Assembly (NCBI GenBank): GCA_051294375.1
Contig: CM119269.1
Location: 21,732,434-21,796,433 of the forward strand
Direction: 5' to 3'
Length of the DNA: 64,000 nt
Source of the DNA: Paraspadella gotoi
Lineage: Eukaryota; Animalia; Chaetognatha
Position 1 is the stretch's first letter, and each line of letters begins with the position of its first letter. The notes beneath the pieces were generated by a model, which saw nothing but the letters and a program-made list of their open reading frames with translations, did not search any database and was not told the origin of the DNA. The position numbers and the translations under genes are program-made. Below, one piece after another: positions 1 through 12,052 of this stretch.

Positions 1-982
1 AAGTTAATTATTCTATTTTTTCTTTGATATATGGATTGAGTAATATTAAGTCGAGATTAAGCACTGCTCAAACATGTTCTCATCTGAAACTGAGACCCCC
101 TCCAGGAATCTTCTACAAATATAATAAAGTTTAATTTTAAAAAACGCCAGAAACCACGAATTTTTAAAAGAATATTTAAATTTGTTCTTGTCTCAGGTGA
201 TACGAACTCAAGATTCGATTTTCGAATTCGTAACATTAAAATCTCTTCTTTTTTTTATTTTTTTTTTTCTCGCGAAAGATTTTTATTGAATCTGATGTTT
301 TTCCATTTTTATTTTTTTTTATTTTTTTCTATTTCTTTCATTTTTATTCTTTTTTCAGTTTCTTAGTTTTTCTGACACCTTCATTTGTCTCTCTCTCTCT
401 CACTTTCTGTGATTCGTTTGACTCGTACAAGCCCTGAGGTCACCTCCCTCAATTTAACCTATAACTAATTAAAGTTGTATTTTTCTCTCTTAAACGTCAC
501 TTATTAAATACTGCCGATATCAAATATCAATCTCTTTAATAGAAGACAATTGTAATAATCGCTCCCAAAATTAAATTACTAATTCTCATTAGATAAATGG
601 AAAAANNNNNNNNNNNNNNNNNNNNNNNNNNNNNNNNNNNNNNNNNNNNNNNNNNNNNNNNNNNNNNNNNNNNNNNNNNNNNNNNATAAGCCTTATACTT
701 CACTGCCGCACATCCCGCCCAGTATCCCGGCTCCGGTCTTGGTNNNNNNNNNNGACTGTCTTTGCTCTATTAACATCAAAAAAAATCTTTTTCATTCACG
801 CGCTACGCTACATGCCACGTCTCATCTCCTTTGTCACGCAGCGAAGCATGGCTGTATCGACCTTTTTTCATTTTATTAGAATTTTTCATATCATAAATGT
901 AAAAAAATGTAATCACTGGATTTTCAATTTTATGAAAGTTATCAAGTTTCATGCAAAAAGATTCAGAAACGGGCAGGTTTTG

Positions 983-1615
983 TCAATATTTGAAGAGAAT
1001 CGGATTGAAGAGATCTCCGCCAACGACTAAGACGCTTCCACCTTCGAGCGCCGCTGCATGATCCCAGATCTCGGTTACGCCTTCCTGCGCCGGAGATTCG
1101 TCCCCTTCGCTCCACTCTTTCGTATCCAGGTCGAAGACCCATGTATTCGGAGCTAATAATGAAAAGTTGTTTTATAATTCAAGATTAATACACTGCGGCG
1201 CAAAAAAAAGTAGCCATAAAAGGCCATGACGGCGGTCAGACTCGCGCCCGAGCGAGTCGCAGGCTTCGCCACTGAGATGACGACGATTTCTGTCCAAGAA
1301 GAAGACTTCATGTCGAAGCACCAAAGGTCGTTGAGGAAATGCTTTTGAAGAAATAAATTTTGTTCAAAAGTAATTTGTGAAAACAGTCGGGTTTATTCAA
1401 TGTTAGTTTTGAATTTCTTACTATTCTATTTACATAGTGTGGAAGATGCCACAACGACCAACTGTCAAGGCGACGGAGAGAAGCGGACGAGTTGGTTGGT
1501 GCGACCGTCGTAGGAGTCTCTTTCGACGCCTTTGAGGTTCGACGCCGACGGTTCGTCGCATCCACCGCCGAAGAAGTAAGAGTCTCTCCCGTCTGTCCAC
1601 TAGCACGTGAACAAC
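983..1615 (-). CDS. Kelch-repeat (KLHDC1/KLHDC2-like) protein, three exons (1434-1615, ~1195-1341, 983-1152); frameshifts may be read error or decay
   Basis: Manual translation gives WTDGRDSYFFGG...GRTNQLVRF, HFLNDLWCFDMKSSSWTEIVVISVAKPATRSGASLTAV and PNTWVFDLDTKEWSEG...IWDHAAALEGGSVLVVGG. These carry the Kelch GG dipeptide and downstream aromatic/W spacing. AG acceptors at 1616-17, 1342-43 and 1153-54; GT donor at 1432-33; introns ~40-90 nt. Confidence 0.8.
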
Positions 1616-1760
1616 CTTTTTTATTATTTATTAATGGTTTATTTAGTATTTATTATTATTTTTAATTTAATTTAATTTAACACGAATAAATATATTTATG
1701 TATAAAATATATATTAATAGGGACTTTCAGACTTTAGTATAAATTGTTTATATGATATGT

Positions 1761-1860
1761 GAATATGATTTACTGCAATATGCTAATTAGAATATTGTAT
1801 TCTTTATACTAATTTGCATATTTATAGAAAGTAATTTGCATATTGCAGTAAATCATAATC
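1761..1860. repeat. 29-bp inverted repeat enclosing octamer motifs
   Basis: gaatatgatttactgcaatatgctaatta (1761-1789) pairs with taatttgcatattgcagtaaatcataatc (1832-1860), 2 mismatches; ATTTGCAT at 1812 and 1834. Confidence 0.75.
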
Positions 1861-2134
1861 ATCAATGTGCAGTCATAGAAGAATGAGAAATAGAGACTGT
1901 GGCTAAGAAAAGGTAGGATCAATTCTATTTTAGACAAAACTAGAAAAAAAGTAAAGGAAAACTTTTCTGTATTTCTCTTTCGGTGGTGACTTTTCGAATG
2001 CGAATCGATCTATTCTTTTCGAATCTATTGCCCCGACTGTTTTTCGTGTCTCTCTCTCTCTCTCTCTGCCACCCCAAGTTGACACGCCCACTTTTCGTTC
2101 CCTTCTTCACGCCCGCCGCCTACACCGAGGATTC

Positions 2135-2173
<39 letters not shown>

Positions 2174-2318
2174 CAGCAGCTGCGTCCATGTTTTTGTTTA
2201 AACCTTATCTCCTCTACTTTTAATGTTTTCTGCATAAGAGTTTAAGACGATTTTTTTTCTCTTTTCCTTTTTTTTCTCTTTGGCGTCACAATCTTTTCCT
2301 TTCTCCCTGAAATGTTAA

Positions 2319-2355
<37 letters not shown>

Positions 2356-2516
2356 TTGTTTCTCTTTTTCTTTGTATTTCTCTCCCTCTCTATTTCTCTT
2401 TCTTTTTTTCTCGCTTCCTCAGTATGTGTCTCTCTCTCTCTTTATTTCTCTCTTTCAATGTATCTCTCTCTCTCTTTCTCTCTCTCTCTCTTTGTCTCTC
2501 TTTCTCTTTGTACTTG

Positions 2517-3125
2517 TAGAGTGATGTGAAAATGATAAAATTTTAGAAAATTAAAATTTAGCATATAAAACATAAAAATAAAAACTAATAAAATACTTTT
2601 GTAAATTTATTTTTTAATTTTATACATTAGTGGGCACCAGTGAGCTTTATTTATATATAGTAATAAGTATATAACAGGCTAAAATTTCAAAATACAAATT
2701 TTTAAATTTTAAGATCGGATTTGGATTCCTTACAAAAAGTTAATATATTAAAGTATAATTCTTTTTTAAAAATTCTTTCATTAATATAAAAAAATATAAA
2801 AAACTATATTTAAGATGCCGATTTTTAATTTCCAGCTTAAAAATATATTTTTTTATAATTTTAACCTACTTAATGACAAAATTTTAAAAAAATATTTATA
2901 TTTTCTTTTATCAACTTTTAACGAGGAATTCGAATTTGTTCTCAAAATTTAAAAAAAAAACATTTTGAAATTTTGACATTATATAAGGGTAGTATTATGT
3001 ACAAAATAAGCTGACTGGGCTACTATATTTGTAAAAAAAAAACTACAGATAGGTATTCATTAATATGATTGATATATTTAAGATATAACTGATAAATTTT
3101 GATTCCAAACTTTCACTTCACCCTA
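2517..3125. mobile_element. Non-autonomous hAT-type element (MITE), family A, copy 1
   Basis: Ends TAGAGTGATGTGAAA ... TTTCACTTCACCCTA; homologous along its length to 23302-23820 and 32256-32740, the latter with a perfect 8-bp TSD. Confidence 0.75.
2628..3025. mobile_element. AT-rich fold-back segment with long imperfect TIRs nested inside family A
   Basis: tagtgggcaccagtgagcttt ... aataagctgactgggctacta are inverted ends and the internal halves are also reverse-complementary. A related palindromic element lies at 47556-47940. Confidence 0.55.
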
Positions 3126-3759
3126 TTCCTCAGTGTGTGTCTCTCACTCTTTATTTCTCTCTTTCTATGTATCTCTCTCTCACTCTCTCTCTCTCTCTCT
3201 CTCTCTCTCATTCTTTGTCACCCTTCTCGGTTCAAACTTCTCATTCTTATCTTCGTAGGAATTCTGAATTGACCGTCTGCGCTTCCAAGAAAATCCAAAT
3301 CGTTTATTGACAAAACAACAACCGGAAAACAAAGCAAAGCAACACCAACATTATATCCTGATCCATAACTTAAAGTAGCGATCCTTTAATCCAACTGAAA
3401 TAGTTAAAGAATTTAATATCACGTCATTAATAGGAAATCCAAGAACACTTTTAGTTGATCACTGGACAGTGAGAGAATCTTGATTGTAACCTTGAAAATA
3501 TGAAATTGGTACAACCAATATAAAAATTATACATTCATTTAATAAATGAACAAGCTTTCAATTAAGATTTATGTATTTATTTGTTTATTTATTATTTGCT
3601 TAGTGTATGGATAACTTTTATATTGATGTACCTTTTTTAAAAAAAAGTAATTGTACCACATCTATACAACCATAAAAACAACAACTACAATATTAAGCAC
3701 AACAACAATTACTATTACAACAAAAACAATAATCACAACAACAACAAATGGCTGGTTTC

Positions 3760-3845
3760 AATCATCAAACTTCTCGTCTTCATTTTCCTCAAATGATCTT
3801 TGTCTCTCGATGAGAAACACCTGGACAGGATATTTTTATCTCTTC

Positions 3846-3885
<40 letters not shown>

Positions 3886-4833
3886 CTATCTTCTTTCTTC
3901 TCTCACTCTCTCTCTCTCTTTCCATCAGATAATACTAGTTATCGCCATGGGTACACTCCATAAAATATGACTCACGCTCGTTTCCTTGAGGAAAGAATGA
4001 GGAATCGTGAGAAGCTAATAATAGAAACGAAATGGAATTTAATAATAATAATAGAAACGAAATGGAATTTGATAATAATAATAGAAACTAAACGGAATTT
4101 AATAATAATATAAACTAAACGGAATTTCTTGTCATAGTTTGTACGAAAATAAAGATAATAAATCGTCGACACAGTCTTTCAAAAGAGCCCCATTTCTGTT
4201 AATCCTTACACTTAAACCATATTTTTTCCCTAAGAACAAAAAAATAAAAAAGTCAAATAAATTTTAAAAATTCCAGAATTTTGTTCCGCATTCAGCTGAG
4301 AGAACAGGTCAAAAGTCAAAACTGTCATTTTGTTTATTGACAATTATTTGTCTTTGGGCTTCTTTTCTTTCTTCTTCATTCCCGTTGTTTTGGAATTCTT
4401 TTTTTTTCCCCTTTGTTTCCTTTTTGTGTCCCTCCTTGTTTTTTAGCCCTCATTTTTTTCACTGTTAGCCTGACTTGTTTTTTTTTTTTCATGAAATTGA
4501 CACACCTTACAAGTCAGGGACAAAATAGCTATTAATTAAGTGAAATGGATAATTTTATAAAGATTATCCATTAATCTAATGAACAAAATATTTTGCCTTT
4601 GGCGTCTTTCTTTCGTTTTTTCCTTTTCCTTTCTTTCTTTTCCTACTCCCCTCATTTTCCTTTTTTTTCCCTTTTTTTCCTTTGTTTTTCTTTTTTTCTT
4701 TTCCCCTCTTCCTTTGTTTTTCTCTTTTTCCTTTTTTTCCCTCTTCTTTCCCCGACGCGATTCCACTTCATTTGAGGGGCGACCTTGTCCACGTTGGGTT
4801 CCTCCTTTCTCTCTCGTTTTTTTCGCCTCGTCA

Positions 4834-4883
<50 letters not shown>

Positions 4884-4955
4884 GAGCCATTAACTTACCA
4901 CACCTGGAAGGGCGAGTTCGGGTGAGTCGTTAACTTTCCTCGCTTGATAAATTCC
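3760..4955 (-). other. Possible string of micro-exons of an unidentified gene
   Basis: Short complex islands between microsatellites with minus-strand splice signals: ttcag|GAATTTATCAAG...GTGTG|gtaagt (~4899-4954), ...GAGC|gtgagt (~3975), tccag|VFLIERQRSFEENEDEKFDD* (~3760-3821). No family recognised. Confidence 0.3.
4018..4127. repeat. 30-bp minisatellite, ~4 units
   Basis: Unit atagaaacgaaatggaatttaataataata. Confidence 0.9.
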
Positions 4956-5044
4956 TGAACATCGCGCTAAATCGCTTTTCGCGTGAGAAGCGATTTTCGT
5001 GATGCGATGAGACGCGATTCCACATTGGCGCAGCGATTAAGCGC

Positions 5045-5146
5045 ACTGTGCATCTCGATCCCTAGCAACTGTGAATCTCGATCCCTAGCAACTGTGCATT
5101 TCGATCCCTAGCAACTGTGCATCTCGAACCCGAGCAACTGTGCATT
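5045..5146. repeat. 23-bp minisatellite, ~4.4 units
   Basis: Unit actgtgcatctcgatccctagca. Confidence 0.95.
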
Positions 5147-5475
5147 TACAAGATTAGCTTCTCGAATCCTTTTCGATTTTTCAAAATCTCTACTATTTTT
5201 ATTCATTTATTTATTTATGTATCCACCTATGTACGTATTAATATATTTATTTATCTAATATTCTCTTTATATATTTATCCATCTATCTTTTTTATTCATC
5301 TATCCAAACCTACATGGTAGTGAAGTTTCCTCAATGAGTCATGCAAAGATCTATTTTTGTTAATTCGCGAGCTTTGTGTCGTTCATCGTCTCTCTTTATT
5401 TTAAACCTCTCATTTTCTTGCTTCGTATTTAAACATGAAGAAACGTCTCAAGTTAAATCCTATTGCATGCAGAAG

Positions 5476-5780
5476 CAGGTTTGCATGCTTAAGCGAATCC
5501 CCACCCGTCCCAGGTTTGCATGGTGAGGTAAAACCCCGCCCATCCAAAGTTTGAAAGAAAAAGCAAAACCCCGCCCATCCCAGGTTTGAATACTGAAGCG
5601 AAACCCGCTCATCCCAGGTTTGCATGCTGTAGCAAAACCCCTGCCCATGCCAAGTTTGAATGCTGAAACAAAACCCCACCCATCTCGGGTTTTGCATGGT
5701 GAAGCAAAACCCTTTCCGTTCCAGGTTTGCATGCTGAAGCGAAACCCCGCCCGTTCCAGGTTTGCATGCTGAAGGGAAAG
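5476..5780. repeat. 35-bp minisatellite, ~8.5 units
   Basis: Consensus caggtttgcatgctgaagcgaaaccccgcccatcc. Confidence 0.9.
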
Positions 5781-6142
5781 CCAAGGACTCGACCTCGGAA
5801 ACGATTTTTCCCTTTAATTGAAACAAAATAAAAGCATCAAGGCTGCGGAAGCTCAGGGCTTTCCTTTGCTTAATGTATTTTTTCAAACTATTAGTTCTCC
5901 GCAAGCGAGAGCGAGAGCGAGACATAGAGAGAGGGAGAGAGTGAGAACGAGGTTGCAGAAGATGTTTACGCGAAGTACCTGCGCAAGAAATGTTGTTTCG
6001 TTTTCTTTCAGCAATTTTTCTTTGTTTTCAAGTTTTTTTTGGTTTTTTTTTTACTTCTTCTTTTTTTTTTTAACTTTTCTTCCTTCCTGCTTCTTTTAAA
6101 TTTTTTATTATACATTATCCTATTCATATATATATATAATAT

Positions 6143-6425
6143 CATCGCAGATGGAATCAGAACCAAGAATGGAATTGTATCCGCGACTCGGATAAAATCT
6201 ACCGAGGACTCTCTGATTGGATGAATCAACGGTGAATCGAACCAATGAGAAGACGGGCTTCATGCCATCGGGAAAACGAGCCTGTGTCGATGATCCGATT
6301 GTAAAGTATAAATACTTGACCATTTTGTATTGATGCCATCTGTCTCAAATTCTCTCACCGTCTTTGCTTGTGACTTTTCTGAGAATAAATTCCACTTTGG
6401 TTTCATGTTGAAATCTCTGTCTACA
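6143..6425 (+). mobile_element. 5'-truncated LTR-like repeat, diverged copy of 13489-13824
   Basis: Alignable with 13550-13819, sharing gggcttcatgccatcgggaaaa, tataaata, aataaa and tccactttggtttcatgttgaaatctctgtctac. Confidence 0.7.
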
Positions 6426-6593
6426 AAGAAACAAATAGTGGAGGACGGAATTTTTAGAGATATATAATTCGACACCAAAGTAAAATAAATGTGAATTTAT
6501 TTTAGCGTAACATCGAAGGGGGAAATGCGCGAAGGAATAAATGATATATTCATTTAAAAACATAGTCGNNNNNNNNNNNNNNNNNNNNNNNNN

Positions 6594-9500
6594 GCGTTGT
6601 TGTCAAACTATGACATGTTTATTTAATTTCGTTCTCCATTACATTGGTTTTTTTCAAACTATTTCACCTTCCATTTTTCCCCATAAAGAGAGGCGAGTGG
6701 GAAAGATTCGGGGGCCTATATGAAAAAATTTGATGGGGGGAACAAATATTCGGACAACCTAAACAGCATTTTTTTTGCGTAGTATTTAGTGTTGGACAAA
6801 TATGATGTTGGCGGCGGACATATTGACAACCGAAAGGCAAACGTTTTCTGTCCCGCCCTGGGCGCCCTGTGGAGTGGGGGTACCGAGCAGTGGGGAAAGT
6901 TTGTGAGTCGCTCTTGGCGGCGAAATTCCCAGACCGTCACGCCCCCGGGGGTGACACTCCCTTACTCTCTCACTGCTCGACTTTCCTACTCGCCGTAGGT
7001 TCAGGCGTGAAACACACCAAAGGGCGCGAAGCCGTCGTTATCGCCGTGCTACTCCACCGCATTGTGGCAGCACGGCCCCAGGAGTATATTGGGCCGGGAC
7101 GCCCGTGCTGAACTGGGGTAGCGGGGGGCCTCCCATACATCCCCATTTCGCCTCTCTTCTCAGGGCCCTCGCCGGTCTTTGCCCTCCCGCGAGCCGTGTA
7201 TGCCGGTCGGAGGGAGAGCGTTTGCGGATGGAGCGGGGGCTTCAACGCTGCGCTTCTTTTGAGTTTCGGGAAGTGGGGGCGGGCTTATTCGCCCTTTGGG
7301 TGAGGTGGGCTTTGTTTGCCGGAAAAAGTCCTCGGTGGGGATCGATGGGGGGCATTCGGAAACATAGGGGGGCCCCGCCGGGCCGGGGCCGGGCTTTGGG
7401 GGGGAAATGGCCGGCTGAGGAAGACGATAATTCTGAGGGTTTGGGATTATTGACCAGTGCGGGAATACAAATTCTGCATTGGACGCCCCAATGGCTCGGC
7501 TTGGGGTGGTGAGACCTTGGGCAGAAGTTCCCTGTCCCCAAAAAAAAGTGATAAATTCATTTTATAAAGTGGCGCGCCTCGCATCTTCTTAAGGCAGTTT
7601 CCTATGATTGGGCCGAATCCAAGAATAAAAAACGGAGAATCTTTTCTATTAATTTTCTAAATGGAACTTTCTCTTCTTCGCTGTGCTCTTCCCTCCGCCC
7701 CAACCCCCAATCTTGTGTCTTTCATCCAAAATCAGAAATTTTGCTTTGTGACCACCTTAATGGGGGCGCCCCAAAGGGCCGTCCCCCTTTCCTCGATGAA
7801 AACCCTATTTTCGATTTTCAATTTATTTTTTTCTTTTCATCTTTCCCTTGAGCCGGAGAAGGCAGGGCACGGACCCCAAAAAGGCAGCGATGGAAGGACG
7901 GTAATGTGCTCGACCAGCGGGACGCCTCCTTCCCCAAATTCAAAGCATGCCCAAGGTTGCAAACGAAGGAGGGGCTTTGTGACCGCCCGGGCGTTTTCGC
8001 AATGCGGGGGTTTGTTTCCGTTTTCAAAGAGGGTTCTACCTTGGGACACCCGCCGGGAACCTTTTTGGCCGGCCCCCGGGGCCAGGGGGGGAAGGTGCTT
8101 GCTCGTGTGCAACGTTTACCAAGCCCCTCCCCCGTCCAAACAAAGGATGCGATCCGGCGCCAGGTGTAGGATCGAGGGGGGAAAACGATTTCCGGGAAAG
8201 AGGGAAAGGGGCCGAAACGGGCGAAAGCCACCCGAAGGAAGACTTTTTGGCTAGGGGGGCTGGGGGGAGACCAGGAAAGATTACGGGGGTGGAAATTTGG
8301 TGAATGGGGAAGCAAATTTTTAATGTGTTCCTGGGAAGAGGGTAAGGGGATGAAAGAGAGAGAGAGAGGGGAGAGAGGAGCGAAGAGGAGGGAGGAAAGA
8401 GGAAGGGAGTAAAAAAGAAAGGGGAGCGGGACAATTGGATAGGAGGGGATCGAGGGGAGTGAAAAGAAGAGTAAAGTTGATCGGGTAAAAATTTCGGGTT
8501 AATACACTAGACGAGGGGTGTGGCGGTGTCTTTGTTCGTCGTTCGTTTCGTACGTAAAACGTCAGTGAATCTACATGCAAGCGGCCGAAATGGTAGGAAA
8601 TTAAAGAGCAAGAAGTCTCTTTTGTTGAATACAACATGGTAGAGGCGGAAAAAGATTCTTTTCTCGGCTCTTTTCTCATTCCTCCCTCTTAACTCCTAAT
8701 TATAAAGTCTTTAAATCTTTCTTCTCTTCCTCTCTCTTCTCCCTCTTTTCTCCTCCTCTTTTCTCTTCTTTTCCTCCCTCTCTCCCCTTATCCTCTCTCT
8801 CTCTCCCCTCTTCTTCTCCCGGTGATGAAAATCGTCCTGGTCTCGACTTTAAATTGAATTTTCGGCGAAGAAATCTCGCGGAGTCTCCTATTAGTCCTCC
8901 CGGCTTGCCACTGTCGGAATGTGGAATCCAGAGTTTTCGTACAACAGAAGGCCGCAACTTGTTGCCAGTAACCGACGCCGCTATAATATATCACACGCAT
9001 TGACGACACGCCGACCGCACACCGGGGGACCACCAGCGACGAACCAAGAAAAAGCTTTCAGTCGCGACGCCGCTTCCGCTGCCGAACGACAACGAGACAA
9101 AAGAACGCGTCCGTCCGAGTTTCATCATTCCCGCGCCTTCATTGACCAGTTTTCATAAGCGCCCGCCATTTTCTAAATTTCTTTTTGCTGTCTGCGTGAG
9201 TTGCGAGATAAGTGGGCGTCAAGAACATTTTCAAATAATGTTAAGTAAGTTTGGCTCTGACGCCCGCCTTGTTTAGCGGTGGTCACGTTAGTGTTAGAAT
9301 ATTGGTGAAAGGGTGTAATGCGTGGGTAATTGTTGATAAAATAAGAATAAAGTGGAGTTTAAGTGGGGTTGTACGATAAAAAAAAGATCGTTGGGAGATA
9401 ATTAGAAACGCGCTCCCCTAGACCAATATGGCTTTGTAGTACTGGTCCGTGTCCAAATAAAAATCTTGTCTTTATCACTTGTTTTTTTACGAATTGTTTT

Positions 9501-10237
9501 TTTCATTTTTATTATCTTAAGTACACACAGTCTATATAGATTTAGATAAGAGAGGGTTAGGGGGAGAAGAGGATTATACAGTGATTAATTATATAGTTAA
9601 ACTAAAATCATAAATATAAGTAACACTGTTGGAATTTTTATTTTTTTTTCCATAATGTCGTAGATTTTTTTTTTTCTCCAAATTTTATATAAGCTGTGGG
9701 AGGATTTATTTGGAATATTATAAAATCCAAGAAGATACAATTAAATTTAAAAATTTTTCCATATTCTTAAAAACAATTATTTTTTTCCTTGCAACAATAA
9801 AAAGAAATTGTGTTCAAAGAAACAAAAGCCAGAATAATATTTTTACGATGTTTGCAGCCTTGTGAAGGTTGCTTTTATGGCATACTACCAACAATACAGT
9901 TTGGGGAGAGTGGCGCGGCCCCAAAGTTTTTAATATGGTCCCCCAAAATTTTCAGTTCACGGGGGAGGGGGAACCGGCCCATTCTTTGATGGCTTGCCTT
10001 GGGGGATCTTCATTGTCCGTGATAAGCTATTTTTTATTATTTTATCATAATTTTATGCGAACATATATAGGGGCCGGAATAAATAAAACAGGAAATATGT
10101 TTAGTCGGGTCTTATTTTTTCTACCGGCCCGGAAAGGAAAATTAAAAAGTGTTTCTGTCAATATAAATTAAGTTACAAGACAGGCAAATATTGAGGTTTA
10201 GCAAAAAAAAAACCAAACAGGAAAAACACCCTAAGGG
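6594..10237. other. Low-quality long-read gap fill containing a noisy duplicate of 10450-11130
   Basis: 8690-9200 is an error-rich direct copy of 10670-11130 (ggtgatgaaatcgtcctggtcgactttaattgaatttt). Homopolymers are inflated throughout, so its ORFs are not credible. Confidence 0.75.
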
Positions 10238-11093
10238 TCAGAACACAGAAATAGGAGCGGTGACAAGGGGATTTTGATCGTCCACGCTGGGATCGTAAAG
10301 TTTCCCGCCAAAAGTGATCATCTTTGAATCCCTGACTCGCGTCCAGATGGCGGGTCGGTTCTCGCTGACGCATTCGAAGCTGACGTCGCTGCCGAGCAGC
10401 ACGGCAGCGTGGAGACGGAAGGCGACCACGCCCTCTTCGATGGCGCCGGGGTCTTGCGGGGAGGAGGAGGAGGAGGAGGGGGAAGAGGAAGAGGAGGAAG
10501 AGAGGAGGAGGAGGAGGGGGAGGAGGAAAGGAAGAATGGGAAGAGAAGGAGGAGATCGAAGGGAGGAAGAAGGGAGGTAATCCTGACGAGGTGGCGTTGT
10601 CGTCGTCGTCGTCGTCGTCGATGATTCTCTCAACGAAATGTAGAGGCGCTGATCTCTAAGGCGAACTCTCTCTTTATTCCTCTCTACTCCTTTTAGTCTT
10701 CTTTCTCTCTTCCTCTCTTCTCCCTCTTTTTCTCCTCCTCTTTTTCTCCCTCTCCCTCCCTCTCTCCCTCTCTCCCCTCTCTCTCTCCCTCTCTCTCCTT
10801 CGGTGATGAAATCGTCCTGGTCGACTTTAATTGAATTTTCTTGGCGAAGAAATCTCGCGGGAGTCTCCTTATTTTCAGTCCATCCCGCGCCGGAAGTGGA
10901 CGGCGCCGACGCCGCCGACGCCGCGACCGACGCCGCTTTCACCGCTGACGCCGCCGACGCCGCCACCGACGCCGCTTCCGCCGCCGCTTTCACCGCTGAC
11001 GCCGCTTCCGCTGCCGACGACGACGACGACAAAGACGCCGTCCGAGTTATCATCATCTCCGACGCCTTCATTGACGTTTTATAAGCGCCGCAT
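10238..11093 (-). CDS. Immunoglobulin-domain protein fragment (IgLON/lachesin/Dpr-DIP-like start of an Ig domain) with Ala/Ser-rich N-terminal region
   Basis: The ORF contains AVLLGSDVSFECVSENRPAIWTRVRDSKMITFGG (Ig B-strand Cys and C-strand Trp), preceded by hydrophobic LPILPFLLPLLLLL. The noisy copy at ~9170 suggests an aaaATGGCG start near 11093. Confidence 0.6.
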
Positions 11094-11134
11094 TTTAAAT
11101 TTCTTTGCTGTTGTGAGTTGCTGTAGTAGTTTGG

Positions 11135-11187
11135 TGAGGTTGTTTGCTGTAGTTGGTTGCTGTAGTTGGTTGCTGTAGTTGGTTGCT
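11135..11187. repeat. 13-bp tandem repeat, ~4 units
   Basis: Unit tgctgtagttggt. Confidence 0.85.
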
Positions 11188-11961
11188 ACTCTTGTTAGAT
11201 TCTTATCGCTACGTGTTGTTTATATCGTCCACAAAGATTTAAGTTAGAATCGAAAATCTAATTAATATGTACTTTATTTTTGTCGTTGTTTTTAAAACTG
11301 AAAATAATCCGAGATTTTTAAAATTTCGCCTAAAGGGACAAGCAGTTTCGTTTGACGTTTAATCGACAGTTGAGATGCGTTAGTGACTCCTGTTTGGAAA
11401 GTAAAATTAGGAAATAGTTAGGAGTTAGTGGCAATGTGTGAACGAAAAATTTATAATGTAATGAATACGAAGTAATATCGGTTGGCAATTGGGGATTCGC
11501 CGACTGCAAATGAAAAANNNNNNNNNNNNNNNNNNNNNNNNNNNNNNNNNNNNNNNNNNNNNNNNNNNNNNNNNNNNNNNNNNNNNNNNNNNNNNNNNNN
11601 NNNNNNNNNNNNNNNNNNNNNNNNNNNNNNNNNNNNNNNNNNNNNNNNNNNNNNNNNNNNNNNNNNNNNNNNNNNNNNNNNNNNGAGAGAGAGAGAAAAG
11701 ACAGAGAGAAATTTGCCTTTGCCACCTTCAAGCTCTCTTCTTTTTTCCTCCCTTAAGACTTTTCCAGTTTTATCAGTTTTTCCTTTTTTCTTTATTGGCA
11801 ACCTGCCTGCTCGCCTGCTCGCCGGTTTGCCTGCTCTTCCTCTGCCTCGCCTGCTTTTCTTTTCTGTTTGAGCGCGAAAAAACTGTGTTGGGGAAATGAG
11901 ACGAAGAAAAATAGAAGGAGATAAGGAAAGAAGATAAGAAGTTAAGAAGATGGAAGGAGAG

Positions 11962-11963
11962 AA

Positions 11964-12051
<88 letters not shown>

Positions 12052-12052
12052 A
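11962..12052. repeat. (GAAA)n microsatellite
   Basis: About 22 near-perfect units; representative of many GA/GAAA tracts in the window. Confidence 0.95.

Noticed and set aside
4969-4996. Intrinsic terminator or Helitron end (12-bp hairpin)
   Set aside because: Eukaryotic context, no CTRR terminus nearby and no second copy in the window.
5410-5925. 171-aa repeat protein
   Set aside because: It translates a 35-bp array whose period is not a multiple of 3.
6700-8330. GC-rich ORFs as horizontally acquired genes
   Set aside because: Homopolymer-inflated noisy read, probably garbled downstream exons of the Ig gene; no coherent protein.
10880-11040. Type I antifreeze-like Ala-rich protein
   Set aside because: No 11-residue Thr periodicity; it is a GCC/GAC-type repeat within a larger Ig-gene ORF.
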